From Prochlorococcus sp. AG-679-M23 (GTDB lineage: Bacteria > Cyanobacteriota > Cyanobacteriia > PCC-6307 > Cyanobiaceae): DNA of 64,000 bases. Below, in pieces: positions 8,685 to 19,348 of this stretch (the first letter of the stretch is position 1; every line of letters starts with the position of its first letter). Where the stretch lies: positions 32,001 through 96,000 of the forward strand of contig QCUR01000004.1 of the NCBI GenBank assembly GCA_003208875.1, written 5' to 3'. The notes below the pieces were generated by a model. That model worked only from the letters and a program-made list of their open reading frames with translations, searched no databases and was not told the DNA's origin. The position numbers were made by a program, and so were the translations under genes.

Positions 8685-8928
8685 AAGGTGTAAAAAGTTG
8701 ATTTATATAAATCTCTGAAACTGAACTATCAGTGCATCCATTTTGGACAAGAAAAGTAGCTAAAGCAGAATTTATAAGTTTGTATTGATCCCAAGTAGGA
8801 TTATGTAAAACAAAATCTTTCATAGTTTCATAAAGACTTTCTGAAAGCTCAGTTTCTAAAGAAACTTTTGATGGGAAAGAATTATCAAATTTAACTTCAA
8901 TGTTACTCCCTTGATTTATTTGATTCAT
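8671..8928 (-). CDS. DUF2811-family protein (RHH-like)
   Basis: SLETELSESLYETMKDFVLHNPTWDQYKLINSALATFLVQNG; start set to ATG 8928. Confidence 0.8.
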   Translation of the reverse strand: MNQINQGSNIEVKFDNSFPSKVSLETELSESLYETMKDFVLHNPTWDQYKLINSALATFLVQNGCTDSSVSEIYINQLFTPSKSF

Positions 8929-9148
8929 AAATACAAACCTCGTGTTCAAATATAATTGTCTATTTTTTTTTAAAAGTCAAAAAAATATTTTTATCACTTC
9001 TACGTCATTATTAAATGAGACTCATGTTATAAATAAGATTTAACAAAAACGGTTTTCCAAAAGGGAAAATTGAAAAAAGCTTTAAGAAAAGTCAATAATA
9101 ATGTTGAAGTGCTGTTATTTTCGAGATAAGGCTTTATACCTAAATCCA

Positions 9149-9190
9149 TGTGGATATGGACGTGGAAAACTTATTATTAACTGTGGAAAA
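9149..9190 (-). promoter_or_regulatory. Cluster of co-oriented DnaA-box-like 9-mers
   Basis: Minus-strand ATATCCACA (9149-9157), TTTTCCACG (9161-9169) and TTTTCCACA (9182-9190). Confidence 0.45.
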
Positions 9191-9279
9191 TATAGCCTAA
9201 AATACATTTCTAAATATCTATTAGGAATACTTATATATGATAAGTCTATTGAGACCAAACTAAGAAAGAGACGGTTGAT

Positions 9280-10425
9280 TCAGTCTTTTTCAACTGAATT
9301 TCTTAAGATTTGATCATCACTAAGCAAGCGAAGCGTAACAGGGCCTAAGGGATGTTTGGAATTTGGGTAAACACTATGATGATGATGATGATTGTTATCT
9401 TCATGTTTATGATGATGTTCATCATTATTTTTTTCTACTAAAAGTACTGGCTGATTATCAACATCACTCAGGTTTTGACTATTCGTTTCGCATGCCCCAT
9501 TACATTCAGAATCACACAAATCACAACTAAGTCCTATGCCCTCAACATGATCATGATGACTTTCTTGTACTAAACCAACTTCTTTTTCAAAACCAAATAA
9601 ATTCGATCTGTATTTGCACAAGGAACAATTCATAAAATTGTTGCTCTCGTCATTAAAAATTTCTTCAATCCTTTCTACAAATGTTTGAACAACATATTTA
9701 TGAGATGAAAGATATTTTGCCTCATGAAATTCAACATGTGGATTATCAAGCGCCACTATATCGCTTTGCCTTTTTATTCTTGTTACCAGTACCCCTGAAA
9801 AAAGAAAGTAAGGAAAAATAATTATGTTTTTATAACCAAGTCTTACAACATTTCGCAACCCAGGTTCTACTAATGGAAATGTTACTCCAGAAAATACAGT
9901 TTCTCCCCAGCCCAAACCAACTCCTTCAACAATCATTCTTGTAATTTTAGATACATTAGAATTTGCATCAGGATCAGAGGAACCTCTTCCAACAACAACT
10001 AATAATGATTCTTCAGGAATTAAAGAGTTATTTTTTTGGAATACTTCTTTAACTCTCTCGCAGGCTGCACTAATCATTAAATTATTAATTCCTAATTCTC
10101 TTCCATAAATTATTTCTATATCTGTTTTCTTCGCATAATTCATAAGCAGACTTGGTATGTCATTTTTTACGTGCCCAGCAGCAAAAAGCATAGCCGGTAT
10201 AGCTATTACTTTTTTTATAGAACGATTTCTTAATTTATCCAAAGCATCAGTAAGAGATGGTTTTGCAAATTCCAAAAAACCAAATTCAACTAATATCGAT
10301 GGATATTTTTTTTGTATAAGCCTAGTTAATTCCTGAAATTCTGTAATAGCTAATTTATTTCTACTCCCATGTCCACAAATGAGAATGCCAATTTGCTTAT
10401 TTAAGTTCGAATCAAAAGTATCCAA
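9280..10425 (-). CDS. cbiX: Sirohydrochlorin cobaltochelatase CbiX (long form with His-rich tail)
   Basis: ICGHGSR, GHVKNDIP, VGRGSSD, MNCSLC Fe-S motif and a His-rich C-terminus; start set to TTG 10425 to avoid overlap with the divergent gene. Confidence 0.92.
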   Translation of the reverse strand: MDTFDSNLNKQIGILICGHGSRNKLAITEFQELTRLIQKKYPSILVEFGFLEFAKPSLTDALDKLRNRSIKKVIAIPAMLFAAGHVKNDIPSLLMNYAKKTDIEIIYGRELGINNLMISAACERVKEVFQKNNSLIPEESLLVVVGRGSSDPDANSNVSKITRMIVEGVGLGWGETVFSGVTFPLVEPGLRNVVRLGYKNIIIFPYFLFSGVLVTRIKRQSDIVALDNPHVEFHEAKYLSSHKYVVQTFVERIEEIFNDESNNFMNCSLCKYRSNLFGFEKEVGLVQESHHDHVEGIGLSCDLCDSECNGACETNSQNLSDVDNQPVLLVEKNNDEHHHKHEDNNHHHHHSVYPNSKHPLGPVTLRLLSDDQILRNSVEKD

Positions 10426-10472
10426 TTGTAAGCAATAACTAATAACATAATAGTAAAGAAGAATATTTAGTA

Positions 10473-11753
10473 GTGAAAAAAAATAATCATTTACTTGAAG
10501 TCCCAAATATTAATTCCAGTGATGCACAAGTTAAAAACCTAATTTATAAAATTGACGAAGATATATTAAATAGCCATTACAAATTATCCCCAAAATCAGA
10601 ATATCTTTGTGTTTGCAGCGGGGGTACTACATCAAGCTGCGCTAGAAATGGTTTAATTACTCTTGATTTAAGAAAAGAATATAACCAAATTCATCTTGAG
10701 GAAGAAAAGAATTTAATAAAAATTGGAGGTGGGGTGATTATGAAGGATCTTATGAATTATCTAGAAAAACATAATAAGACCTTCCCTACAGGCCTCTCAA
10801 AACTTCCCGGAGCAGGTTACATATTAACCGGAGGAATAAGTCCGATGAGTCGAAGATATGGATTAGCTATTGATAATATTGAATCTATAAAAGGATACTT
10901 AGGAAATGGAAATTTTATATCATTAGAACAAAACAGTCTGGATTCCGCCCAAAAACTATTATGGGAAGGACTTAAAGGCGCTGCTCCTTTTCTCGCAATA
11001 ATTACTGAAATTGGTCTTAAAACATTCCAATCTCACCCTATTCAAATTATTGAAGGATTTGTAGATGATAATGAACTCTCAAAGATTATTAATTTAGCTG
11101 AGGGATTCCCAGAGAATTTAAGCCTACAATGGATTTATGCTGAAAATATATATATTTATATCTTCGCGGAGATAAAAAATGATTCAGATAACAAAATTAC
11201 CAAAACCTATTTAAAAAAACTTGAAAAATTTAATTATCTCAAAATAAAAAGTTACGAGAACTATAATCAGATAAACTTTTTTCCAAAAGAATTAGAACTA
11301 TTCGAATTAAATAAGAATAACCATTCAGAAGTAATAAGCCTTCTTGGAGGAGATTTAAAAGATAATATTGAAATTTTTGTTAAATGTATGCACGAAATAA
11401 TTAGGAACAAACCAAATAAATCTTGCTATGTTGCCTCACAACAGCTTGGAGGAAAGACAAAAGAATTAGACCATAAATCAAGTTTCTTTATTCATCGGGC
11501 AAGCACTTGGAAACCTTGGATCTATGCCGCATGGGAAAAAGGTGATCTTAAAGAAAAGGAAATTGTTTTGAAGTGGATGAATGAATCGTGGAAGAAACTA
11601 AAAATATTTTTCCCAAAAATACATCTAGCTCAGATTCATAATCATTTAAATTCTCATGAAGAAGAAGTCTATTTATCTTTTGGAGAAAGACTTAGTGAAT
11701 TAAAAACTTTAAAGAATATTTGTGATCCAGAAAGTATTTTGCCTCCTCTATAA
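10473..11753 (+). CDS. FAD-binding oxidoreductase (PCMH/BBE-like)
   Basis: SGG, GAGYILTGGISPMSRRYGLAIDN, WEGLKGAA and LKNICDP motifs. Confidence 0.85.
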   Translation: MKKNNHLLEVPNINSSDAQVKNLIYKIDEDILNSHYKLSPKSEYLCVCSGGTTSSCARNGLITLDLRKEYNQIHLEEEKNLIKIGGGVIMKDLMNYLEKHNKTFPTGLSKLPGAGYILTGGISPMSRRYGLAIDNIESIKGYLGNGNFISLEQNSLDSAQKLLWEGLKGAAPFLAIITEIGLKTFQSHPIQIIEGFVDDNELSKIINLAEGFPENLSLQWIYAENIYIYIFAEIKNDSDNKITKTYLKKLEKFNYLKIKSYENYNQINFFPKELELFELNKNNHSEVISLLGGDLKDNIEIFVKCMHEIIRNKPNKSCYVASQQLGGKTKELDHKSSFFIHRASTWKPWIYAAWEKGDLKEKEIVLKWMNESWKKLKIFFPKIHLAQIHNHLNSHEEEVYLSFGERLSELKTLKNICDPESILPPL

Positions 11754-11784
11754 GGTAACTTTTTAAGTAAAAGAAGAATTTAAA

Positions 11785-13353
11785 ATGTCAAATTTCACCA
11801 AATATTTATCTAAAAATTGGTTAGATGATCCAAAATCTAATATTCTTTCGGGTTTAGTAGTGGCTTTTGCAATGATTCCTGAAGCGATTGCTTTTTCAGG
11901 AATTGCTGGGGTTGATCCTAAAGTTGGACTTTATGGCGCATTCTGCTTATCTATAACAATTGCGATTCTTGGTGGCAGAAGGGGTATGATTACATCCGCG
12001 ACAGGATCAACAGCACTATTAATGACTGGGGTTGTTGCTATTGGAGAAGCTCAGGCCCCTGGAACAAATCTTGGTCTTTCCTATTTAATAGCAGCAGGAT
12101 TATTAACAGGTGTTTTTCAAATACTCTGGGGATATCTAAGGCTGGCTTATCAAATGAGGTTTGTTCCGACAGGTGTATTAAGCGGATTTGTAAATGCTCT
12201 TGCTTTATTAATATTTCAAGCTCAATTCCTTCAACTAGGAATTGGCATTAATGAAGGGAAACTATTAGAAAATGAACTTTCAAAATATCCGACAAATAGT
12301 CAAATACCTACCGTTTGGATTCTTGTAATTTTAGGATTAATTGTTATTTACGGATTCCCCAAAATGACAAAAGTAATTCCTTCTCAATTAGTAGCAATTG
12401 TTTTGCTTACTTTAATAAGTGTATTTTTTAAATTAGAAATCCCTACTGTAAGTGATTTAGGGACATTACCAAATGGATTCCCTAGTCTCTCCTTACCATT
12501 TGGTGAATTAGCAAATGGGAAAGTACCATTCAACCTTTCAACTTTGGGTGTGATATTGCCAACATCCTTAGCGATATCGCTGGTTGGTTTAATGGAAACA
12601 TTCTTAACTCAAGATATATTAGATGATGCCACAGACACAAGTTCCAACAAAAATAAAGAAGCAAGGGGACAAGGTATAGCCAATATAATATCCTCTTTAT
12701 TTGGAGGCATGGCAGGCTGTGCGTTAGTAGGGCAATCAGTTATGAATAATGAGAATGGAGGTAAATCTAGGTTATCAACCTTAATTTCAGGATTATCATT
12801 ATTATTAATGATAATCCTTTTAAAGCCTTGGATAGGGGCCATACCCATGGCCGCCTTAGTAGCAATAATGATCACAATTGCAATAAGCACTGCTGATTTA
12901 ACTGGTTTGAAAAATATTAGAAAGATACCAAAAAGTGATACCGCAGTAATGCTTATGACTTTTGCGGTTACTATGCTTACAAAACCACATAATCTTGCCC
13001 TAGGTGTTATTGCAGGAGTTGGTTTAGCTGCAATACTGTTTAGCAGGAAAGTTGCAAAAGTAATAACAGTTTCAAGAGTTAAAGGTAAAAACCAAATAAC
13101 TTACAAAGTTGAAGGCCAATTATTTTTTGTCAGTAAAATATATTTTCTACAAGGATTCGATATTCATGAGCATCCAAAAGATATTTTAATTGATATGTCT
13201 TTAGCTCATATTTGGGATCAGAGCGGGGTTGTTGCTTTAGATCAAATTATTAGAAAATTCAAAAATAGCGGCTCAAAAGTTGAAATTATTGGTTTAAATA
13301 AAGAAAGTCTGAACTTATTTGAAAGACTAGGAGGTCTTGAAACCTCTCACTAA
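11785..13353 (+). CDS. SulP-family anion (sulfate/bicarbonate) transporter with STAS domain
   Basis: AMIPEAIAFS, GGMAGCALVGQS and a C-terminal STAS domain (GQLFF, DQSGV). Confidence 0.93.
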   Translation: MSNFTKYLSKNWLDDPKSNILSGLVVAFAMIPEAIAFSGIAGVDPKVGLYGAFCLSITIAILGGRRGMITSATGSTALLMTGVVAIGEAQAPGTNLGLSYLIAAGLLTGVFQILWGYLRLAYQMRFVPTGVLSGFVNALALLIFQAQFLQLGIGINEGKLLENELSKYPTNSQIPTVWILVILGLIVIYGFPKMTKVIPSQLVAIVLLTLISVFFKLEIPTVSDLGTLPNGFPSLSLPFGELANGKVPFNLSTLGVILPTSLAISLVGLMETFLTQDILDDATDTSSNKNKEARGQGIANIISSLFGGMAGCALVGQSVMNNENGGKSRLSTLISGLSLLLMIILLKPWIGAIPMAALVAIMITIAISTADLTGLKNIRKIPKSDTAVMLMTFAVTMLTKPHNLALGVIAGVGLAAILFSRKVAKVITVSRVKGKNQITYKVEGQLFFVSKIYFLQGFDIHEHPKDILIDMSLAHIWDQSGVVALDQIIRKFKNSGSKVEIIGLNKESLNLFERLGGLETSH

Positions 13354-13359
13354 TTCAAT

Positions 13360-14250
13360 TCAACTGAGACTAACTTGCTGATAACAAAACCATAGCCATT
13401 GCTGGAAAAGGAGATTTCGATGAGATCTCCAAGATGTATTTGAAGAATTAATATCAAAATTCTCAGGAGGAGGTACATCTCCCTTTTCTTTATCTCTGTT
13501 AATTTCGCTTATTATTCTATGCACTGTATATTCAGGATGACCTAAATGCATGAGTTGTTTTTGATCTTTGGTTTCAAATATTGTGTAACCAACATCCTTG
13601 CCATATGCAAGCAAATTCAATTTCCCTTCTTTTTGAGCTTCTTCCATTTCAAGATCAGGTAACCCTGCAAATCTACTTTGAGGACAAATAAATTCATCAT
13701 CTTGCGTACCCATTAAAGGATGACCTGGGGCAAGACTCTTTAAAGGAAATACCCCGAATAATTTCTTATCAAATACTTTTTTATTAACACCTGCCAAATA
13801 AGCAAGTGCAAATCCTGCCCAGCACAACCCAAGGGTGCTTGCACATGAATTTCTTGCTTCATTAGTAATATTTACGAATTCATCCCAATATTTAACTTCT
13901 TCAAAAGCTAAATGCTCAACAGGTGCTCCGGTAATAATTACTCCATCTAATGGTTCTGGATCATTTGCCTGCTCCCATGTTGTATAAAGATTATTTAAAT
14001 GGTTAAGATCCCATGTTTTATATGAATGAGTTTTTAACTTTATCCAAACAGGCTCAATTTGAAGAGGGGATAAACCAAGAGGATGTAATAAATTAAATTC
14101 ATATTGCTTACCAAGTGGCATGATATTTAAAATACCAATCCTTAATGGTCGTATATCCTGTCTTTCAGCCAAATCTGGTTCAATCCAAGAAATATGATTT
14201 TTCTCTACATCACTAATCTTGTGATAATTGCTAGGTATTATTAAAGCCAA
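13360..14250 (-). CDS. metA: Homoserine O-acyltransferase, MetA family (likely acetyl-CoA specific)
   Basis: RQDIRPLRIGILNIMP, ITGAPVE, LCWAG and GHPEY motifs. Confidence 0.93.
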   Translation of the reverse strand: MALIIPSNYHKISDVEKNHISWIEPDLAERQDIRPLRIGILNIMPLGKQYEFNLLHPLGLSPLQIEPVWIKLKTHSYKTWDLNHLNNLYTTWEQANDPEPLDGVIITGAPVEHLAFEEVKYWDEFVNITNEARNSCASTLGLCWAGFALAYLAGVNKKVFDKKLFGVFPLKSLAPGHPLMGTQDDEFICPQSRFAGLPDLEMEEAQKEGKLNLLAYGKDVGYTIFETKDQKQLMHLGHPEYTVHRIISEINRDKEKGDVPPPENFDINSSNTSWRSHRNLLFQQWLWFCYQQVSLS

Positions 14251-14264
14251 AGAATCTCCATTAT

Positions 14265-15617
<1,353 letters not shown>

Positions 15618-15666
15618 CTATTTAACTTAAAAACTTCCTAAAAATAAATATAAAGAAGATAAATCT

Positions 15667-16326
15667 TTATAAATCCTCTTTTAATGATGGATAATTTCCC
15701 CTCATAAATGATTTTAAATCTTCATTTATTTCAGATCTCAAATCTTCTACATTATTACTGTCAACAATAGGGAAAGTTTTGTTTGCTTCAGGATCTTTTT
15801 CAATAATAGATTTCCAGCTTTTACTCACATCTTTTTCTGATTTATTAAATATATTAATGAAATCAAAAGGCTCGTTATTATTTTTAGCATCGTATTCTTT
15901 AAAAGCTTTTTCAATAATTTGTTTTCTATTGACAAACAAATTTTTAGCCTTCAAAGTATCTGGTAATCCCATTACTGGTTGTAGCTCTTTAAGAAGTTTT
16001 AACTCCTCTTCAATCAAAAGAGTCCAAACACTTACTTGTTTTTTGGGCACGTTAGATTCACTAAAAATTTTAATTTCTTCAAGATAGAAATTTAACCATA
16101 AATAATAAGATTTCTCTTCAATAGATTTTTTAACAGATGCTTTTTTATTTTGAATTTTAGGAAGTAACTTCTCTGCTTTTTTCAAAAATTGTCTGTCTTC
16201 TCTTTCTAGATTTATCAATCCCCATCTTTGACTATAGTCCCATAAATCCTCATACCTTGTTAAATCTTCTTGGTTCCAACCAAGAGCTTTGAGTTCAGGA
16301 GAGCGATGCGATAATTCTTTATTCAA
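15667..16326 (-). CDS. Hypothetical protein
   Basis: 219-aa ORF co-oriented with metY; no motif recognised. Confidence 0.8.
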   Translation of the reverse strand: MNKELSHRSPELKALGWNQEDLTRYEDLWDYSQRWGLINLEREDRQFLKKAEKLLPKIQNKKASVKKSIEEKSYYLWLNFYLEEIKIFSESNVPKKQVSVWTLLIEEELKLLKELQPVMGLPDTLKAKNLFVNRKQIIEKAFKEYDAKNNNEPFDFINIFNKSEKDVSKSWKSIIEKDPEANKTFPIVDSNNVEDLRSEINEDLKSFMRGNYPSLKEDL

Positions 16327-16430
16327 AAAAAAACCTACTTTAACTTAATAAGTCTAACTCTCAAATTAGGATAAGTAAATAATAGAAAAGAGCAACTCAA
16401 TTGATTTAGATAAATTTAGTAAGTATTGTA

Positions 16431-17957
16431 CTAATTAGTAAAGTATTTATTTATTATATTCATTGCTTTAATGTAATTTGGATTTTTTTTAGAAGATAAT
16501 TTTTCATATAATTTTTTTTCAAATTTCATTTTATTATTATTTGAAATTAATTTCTCATAAAATAATTTTTTATTATCAAAAATATCCATTCCTTGAAGTT
16601 TATAGTTTAGTTCTAAACATAAATTAGGCTTTACAGATTCCTGACAAAAATTAGTTATTGCATCTGAATTAATTAATACTTCATAAATATCTTTTTTCTC
16701 TTCAGCTTTTGCATTAAAGCATAAATAAATTAGATTAATCATCGAGCAATTATTATTTTTAATATTAAATTCCCTGTAAATTTTGGGCCAATATATTAGC
16801 GATTTCAATCCCTCAAGGCCTCCTTGACCTAAGCTAAATTTTTCACACCAATTAATAAATTCACCGACATCATTAGGACATCTCTTAAGTCTTAAAAGCA
16901 TATCTGATAAAACTTGTCCTGCCTGAAAATTCCTTGTTGGATTTCCCTCTATTGGCAACGACATGCTCCCTAAAACATCAGCTTTAACAGCATTTAGTTG
17001 AGAAAAAGTATAATCAGCTGATTCAACATATTTGTTACCAAGATTTTCTTTAGAGATAATAATATCTTCACCATATCCAAGTTCTTTTAATGAAAAATTT
17101 ACGTTTTGAAATTTATTTTCTTTTCTAACTTTTAAAGAAACAGTAGCTGCTTGATCCAAGCACTGAGTTAATAAAACAGTATTAATTGTGGGTAACATTC
17201 CAGGCTTTTCTGAATGAAAGTTAGTGACAAACCCTGCGAATATTGAAGAAATATTTTTTATGGACTTAATGTACTGGCATTCAATATTATGCACTCCAGG
17301 GGATACTTGAATATTTGGAGACAATTGATTTAAAATTCTTGCACCAATAAGAGCTGTTAATGAGTCAGGATGACAAAAATTAGCGGTAAAACTATCTTTA
17401 GGGTTTCGTAATGCACCATGACGATGAAAGCCTGTAAAGAAAGCTAAATCAGGATATTGATCACATAAAATGTATGGTTTTTCATCTTCATCATCAAAAC
17501 AAAAAGAGCCCACAAGACATGCAAGAACTACATTCTCACGATTTAAAGATTTTCTTAATTCTATGGCATAACGAATATCATTTTGTATGTGATTACTATT
17601 TGAAGCGAGAATAACGATATTGCATTTTAAAAGAAGATCTTCGAGTGTATTGCTCTTACTTTTGCCCTCAAAAAAGTAATTTCCCATACCTTCTACTTTT
17701 TCTATTATTTTGTGTTCCATATTAGAAAGAACATCTTTAGAAAAAGCACCTAATAAATCTCTTCCAGGTCTTGGAGCTAAAAGAATATTATTTGACTCAG
17801 AATGCATTGCACAGTTATATGCTAATGATGCTGGATATAATCCAACACTATAGAATCCCACTTTGCAGCTTTCAATGTCTTCTAACAATGAATAAAAAGA
17901 TTCTTTGTTATTTAACTGCCTAAAAAAACTATTATTCATTTTGTTCTTTTTATCCAT
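16431..17957 (-). CDS. Hypothetical protein; divergent NAD(P)H-dependent glycerol-3-phosphate dehydrogenase (GpsA)-like
   Basis: Rossmann-like KVGFYSVGLYPASLA; IKSIKNISSIFAG, PTRNFQAGQVL and LEGLKS resemble GpsA motifs in the same order. Confidence 0.6.
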   Translation of the reverse strand: MDKKNKMNNSFFRQLNNKESFYSLLEDIESCKVGFYSVGLYPASLAYNCAMHSESNNILLAPRPGRDLLGAFSKDVLSNMEHKIIEKVEGMGNYFFEGKSKSNTLEDLLLKCNIVILASNSNHIQNDIRYAIELRKSLNRENVVLACLVGSFCFDDEDEKPYILCDQYPDLAFFTGFHRHGALRNPKDSFTANFCHPDSLTALIGARILNQLSPNIQVSPGVHNIECQYIKSIKNISSIFAGFVTNFHSEKPGMLPTINTVLLTQCLDQAATVSLKVRKENKFQNVNFSLKELGYGEDIIISKENLGNKYVESADYTFSQLNAVKADVLGSMSLPIEGNPTRNFQAGQVLSDMLLRLKRCPNDVGEFINWCEKFSLGQGGLEGLKSLIYWPKIYREFNIKNNNCSMINLIYLCFNAKAEEKKDIYEVLINSDAITNFCQESVKPNLCLELNYKLQGMDIFDNKKLFYEKLISNNNKMKFEKKLYEKLSSKKNPNYIKAMNIINKYFTN

Positions 17958-18108
17958 AAATCATCTTAATATTTTTTATAAATAGCATTTTTATACATTA
18001 AACCAATTTATTGCCATCGCAAATCGTTTTAATATAAATATTGAATTTTATATTTTCAAGTTCAAGCTTTATTATGGATTCAAAAGAGAGGGAATTTTTA
18101 TAATAGGA

Positions 18109-19320
18109 ATGGAAAACATTAATTTAGATTTTGAAGAAATAATAATTAATTCTAAAAATATCTTATTTATTCAAGATATTGATGGAGTATGTATTCCATT
18201 GGTAAAAGACCCAATGACTAGAAAACTGGAATCGAAATTCATATTTGCAGTTAAAAATTTAGAAAAAGAATTTTATGTTTTAACGTGCGGAGAACATGAA
18301 GGTCCCAGAGGGGTTAACAGAATAGTTGAAAGGAGCCTAATAGGTATTGATCATCCAAAAGAAAAAGGCCTTTATTTAAGAGGTTTAGCTGCATGCGGGG
18401 TCGAATATCAAGATAATAAGGGGAATATAAGTTTTGAGGGAGTATCAAAAGAAGAGGTCGATTTCTTAGCCAAAGTTCCAGACTTAATGAGGCCTAGCTT
18501 TGAACAAATAGTAAAGAAAATTTTTCCTAATCTCGGTCAAGAAGAAATAAATTCTCATGCTTCAAAATCAATATGTAAAACAAGGTTCTCTCCAACAATA
18601 AACTTTAATAGCCTTTTCGATTTAGTAAAAGATGATTCTGAAAAAAGAAAAATTATTCAAAAGAGCTTTGAAGATATGATGAATGAAATTATTTACAAAG
18701 CCAAAGCTCAAGGACTTGAAAACTCATTTTTTCTTCACATATCTCCAAATCTAGGGAGCAAAAATGGAAATGAAATAATAAAACTTTCTAGTAAAAATGA
18801 TATTGGATCAACTGACATACAGTTACTTATTAAAGGTGCAGTCAAAGACTCTGGGGTTCTCTTTTTATTAAATAAATTTATTTATGATTCTACTGGCATA
18901 GCTCCATTTGGTAGAAACTTTAATTTTAGAGACTCTCCTAAATCGTTAATAGAAAAAGTGAATTTCTGCAAAAAATATATTAAACCCGAAGATATGCCAA
19001 CAATTATTGGAATTGGTGACACAGTTACATCCCAAAAAATTCCAAATAATGGTTACTCAAGAGGTGGAAGTGATCGATCTTTCTTAGAATTTATACAATT
19101 ACTAGGAAAAGAGTTTGAGAGTAATAATAAAATAATTTTCGTTGATAGTAGTTCAGGAGAAGTTTATAGACCTTCTACAAAAATATCTGGTCTAGAAGGA
19201 ATAAGTGATGATGATGACAACTTAAAGTTCAATATGATTTTTCAGAATGGTCCTAAGGAATATTTAGATTGGTTTATTAAATTTGCAAAAAATAGATCAA
19301 AATTAAAAACTAATATTTAA
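18109..19320 (+). CDS. stpA: Glucosylglycerol-phosphate phosphatase (StpA/GgpP), HAD fold
   Basis: IQDIDGVCIPLVKDP, LTCGEHEG, GIGDTVTS and RGGSDRSFL motifs. Confidence 0.92.
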   Translation: MENINLDFEEIIINSKNILFIQDIDGVCIPLVKDPMTRKLESKFIFAVKNLEKEFYVLTCGEHEGPRGVNRIVERSLIGIDHPKEKGLYLRGLAACGVEYQDNKGNISFEGVSKEEVDFLAKVPDLMRPSFEQIVKKIFPNLGQEEINSHASKSICKTRFSPTINFNSLFDLVKDDSEKRKIIQKSFEDMMNEIIYKAKAQGLENSFFLHISPNLGSKNGNEIIKLSSKNDIGSTDIQLLIKGAVKDSGVLFLLNKFIYDSTGIAPFGRNFNFRDSPKSLIEKVNFCKKYIKPEDMPTIIGIGDTVTSQKIPNNGYSRGGSDRSFLEFIQLLGKEFESNNKIIFVDSSSGEVYRPSTKISGLEGISDDDDNLKFNMIFQNGPKEYLDWFIKFAKNRSKLKTNI

Positions 19321-19348
19321 TTACACTGTAATTAAAACTTCCCACATC

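Noticed and set aside
9101..9313. 70-aa plus-strand ORF
   Set aside because: No motif, overlaps the cbiX 3' end, and spans what looks like regulatory sequence.
10426..10506. ORF-track N-terminal extension of cbiX (likewise those of glgA, mntC and trpS)
   Set aside because: The extensions overlap neighbouring genes and precede the family-typical N-termini.
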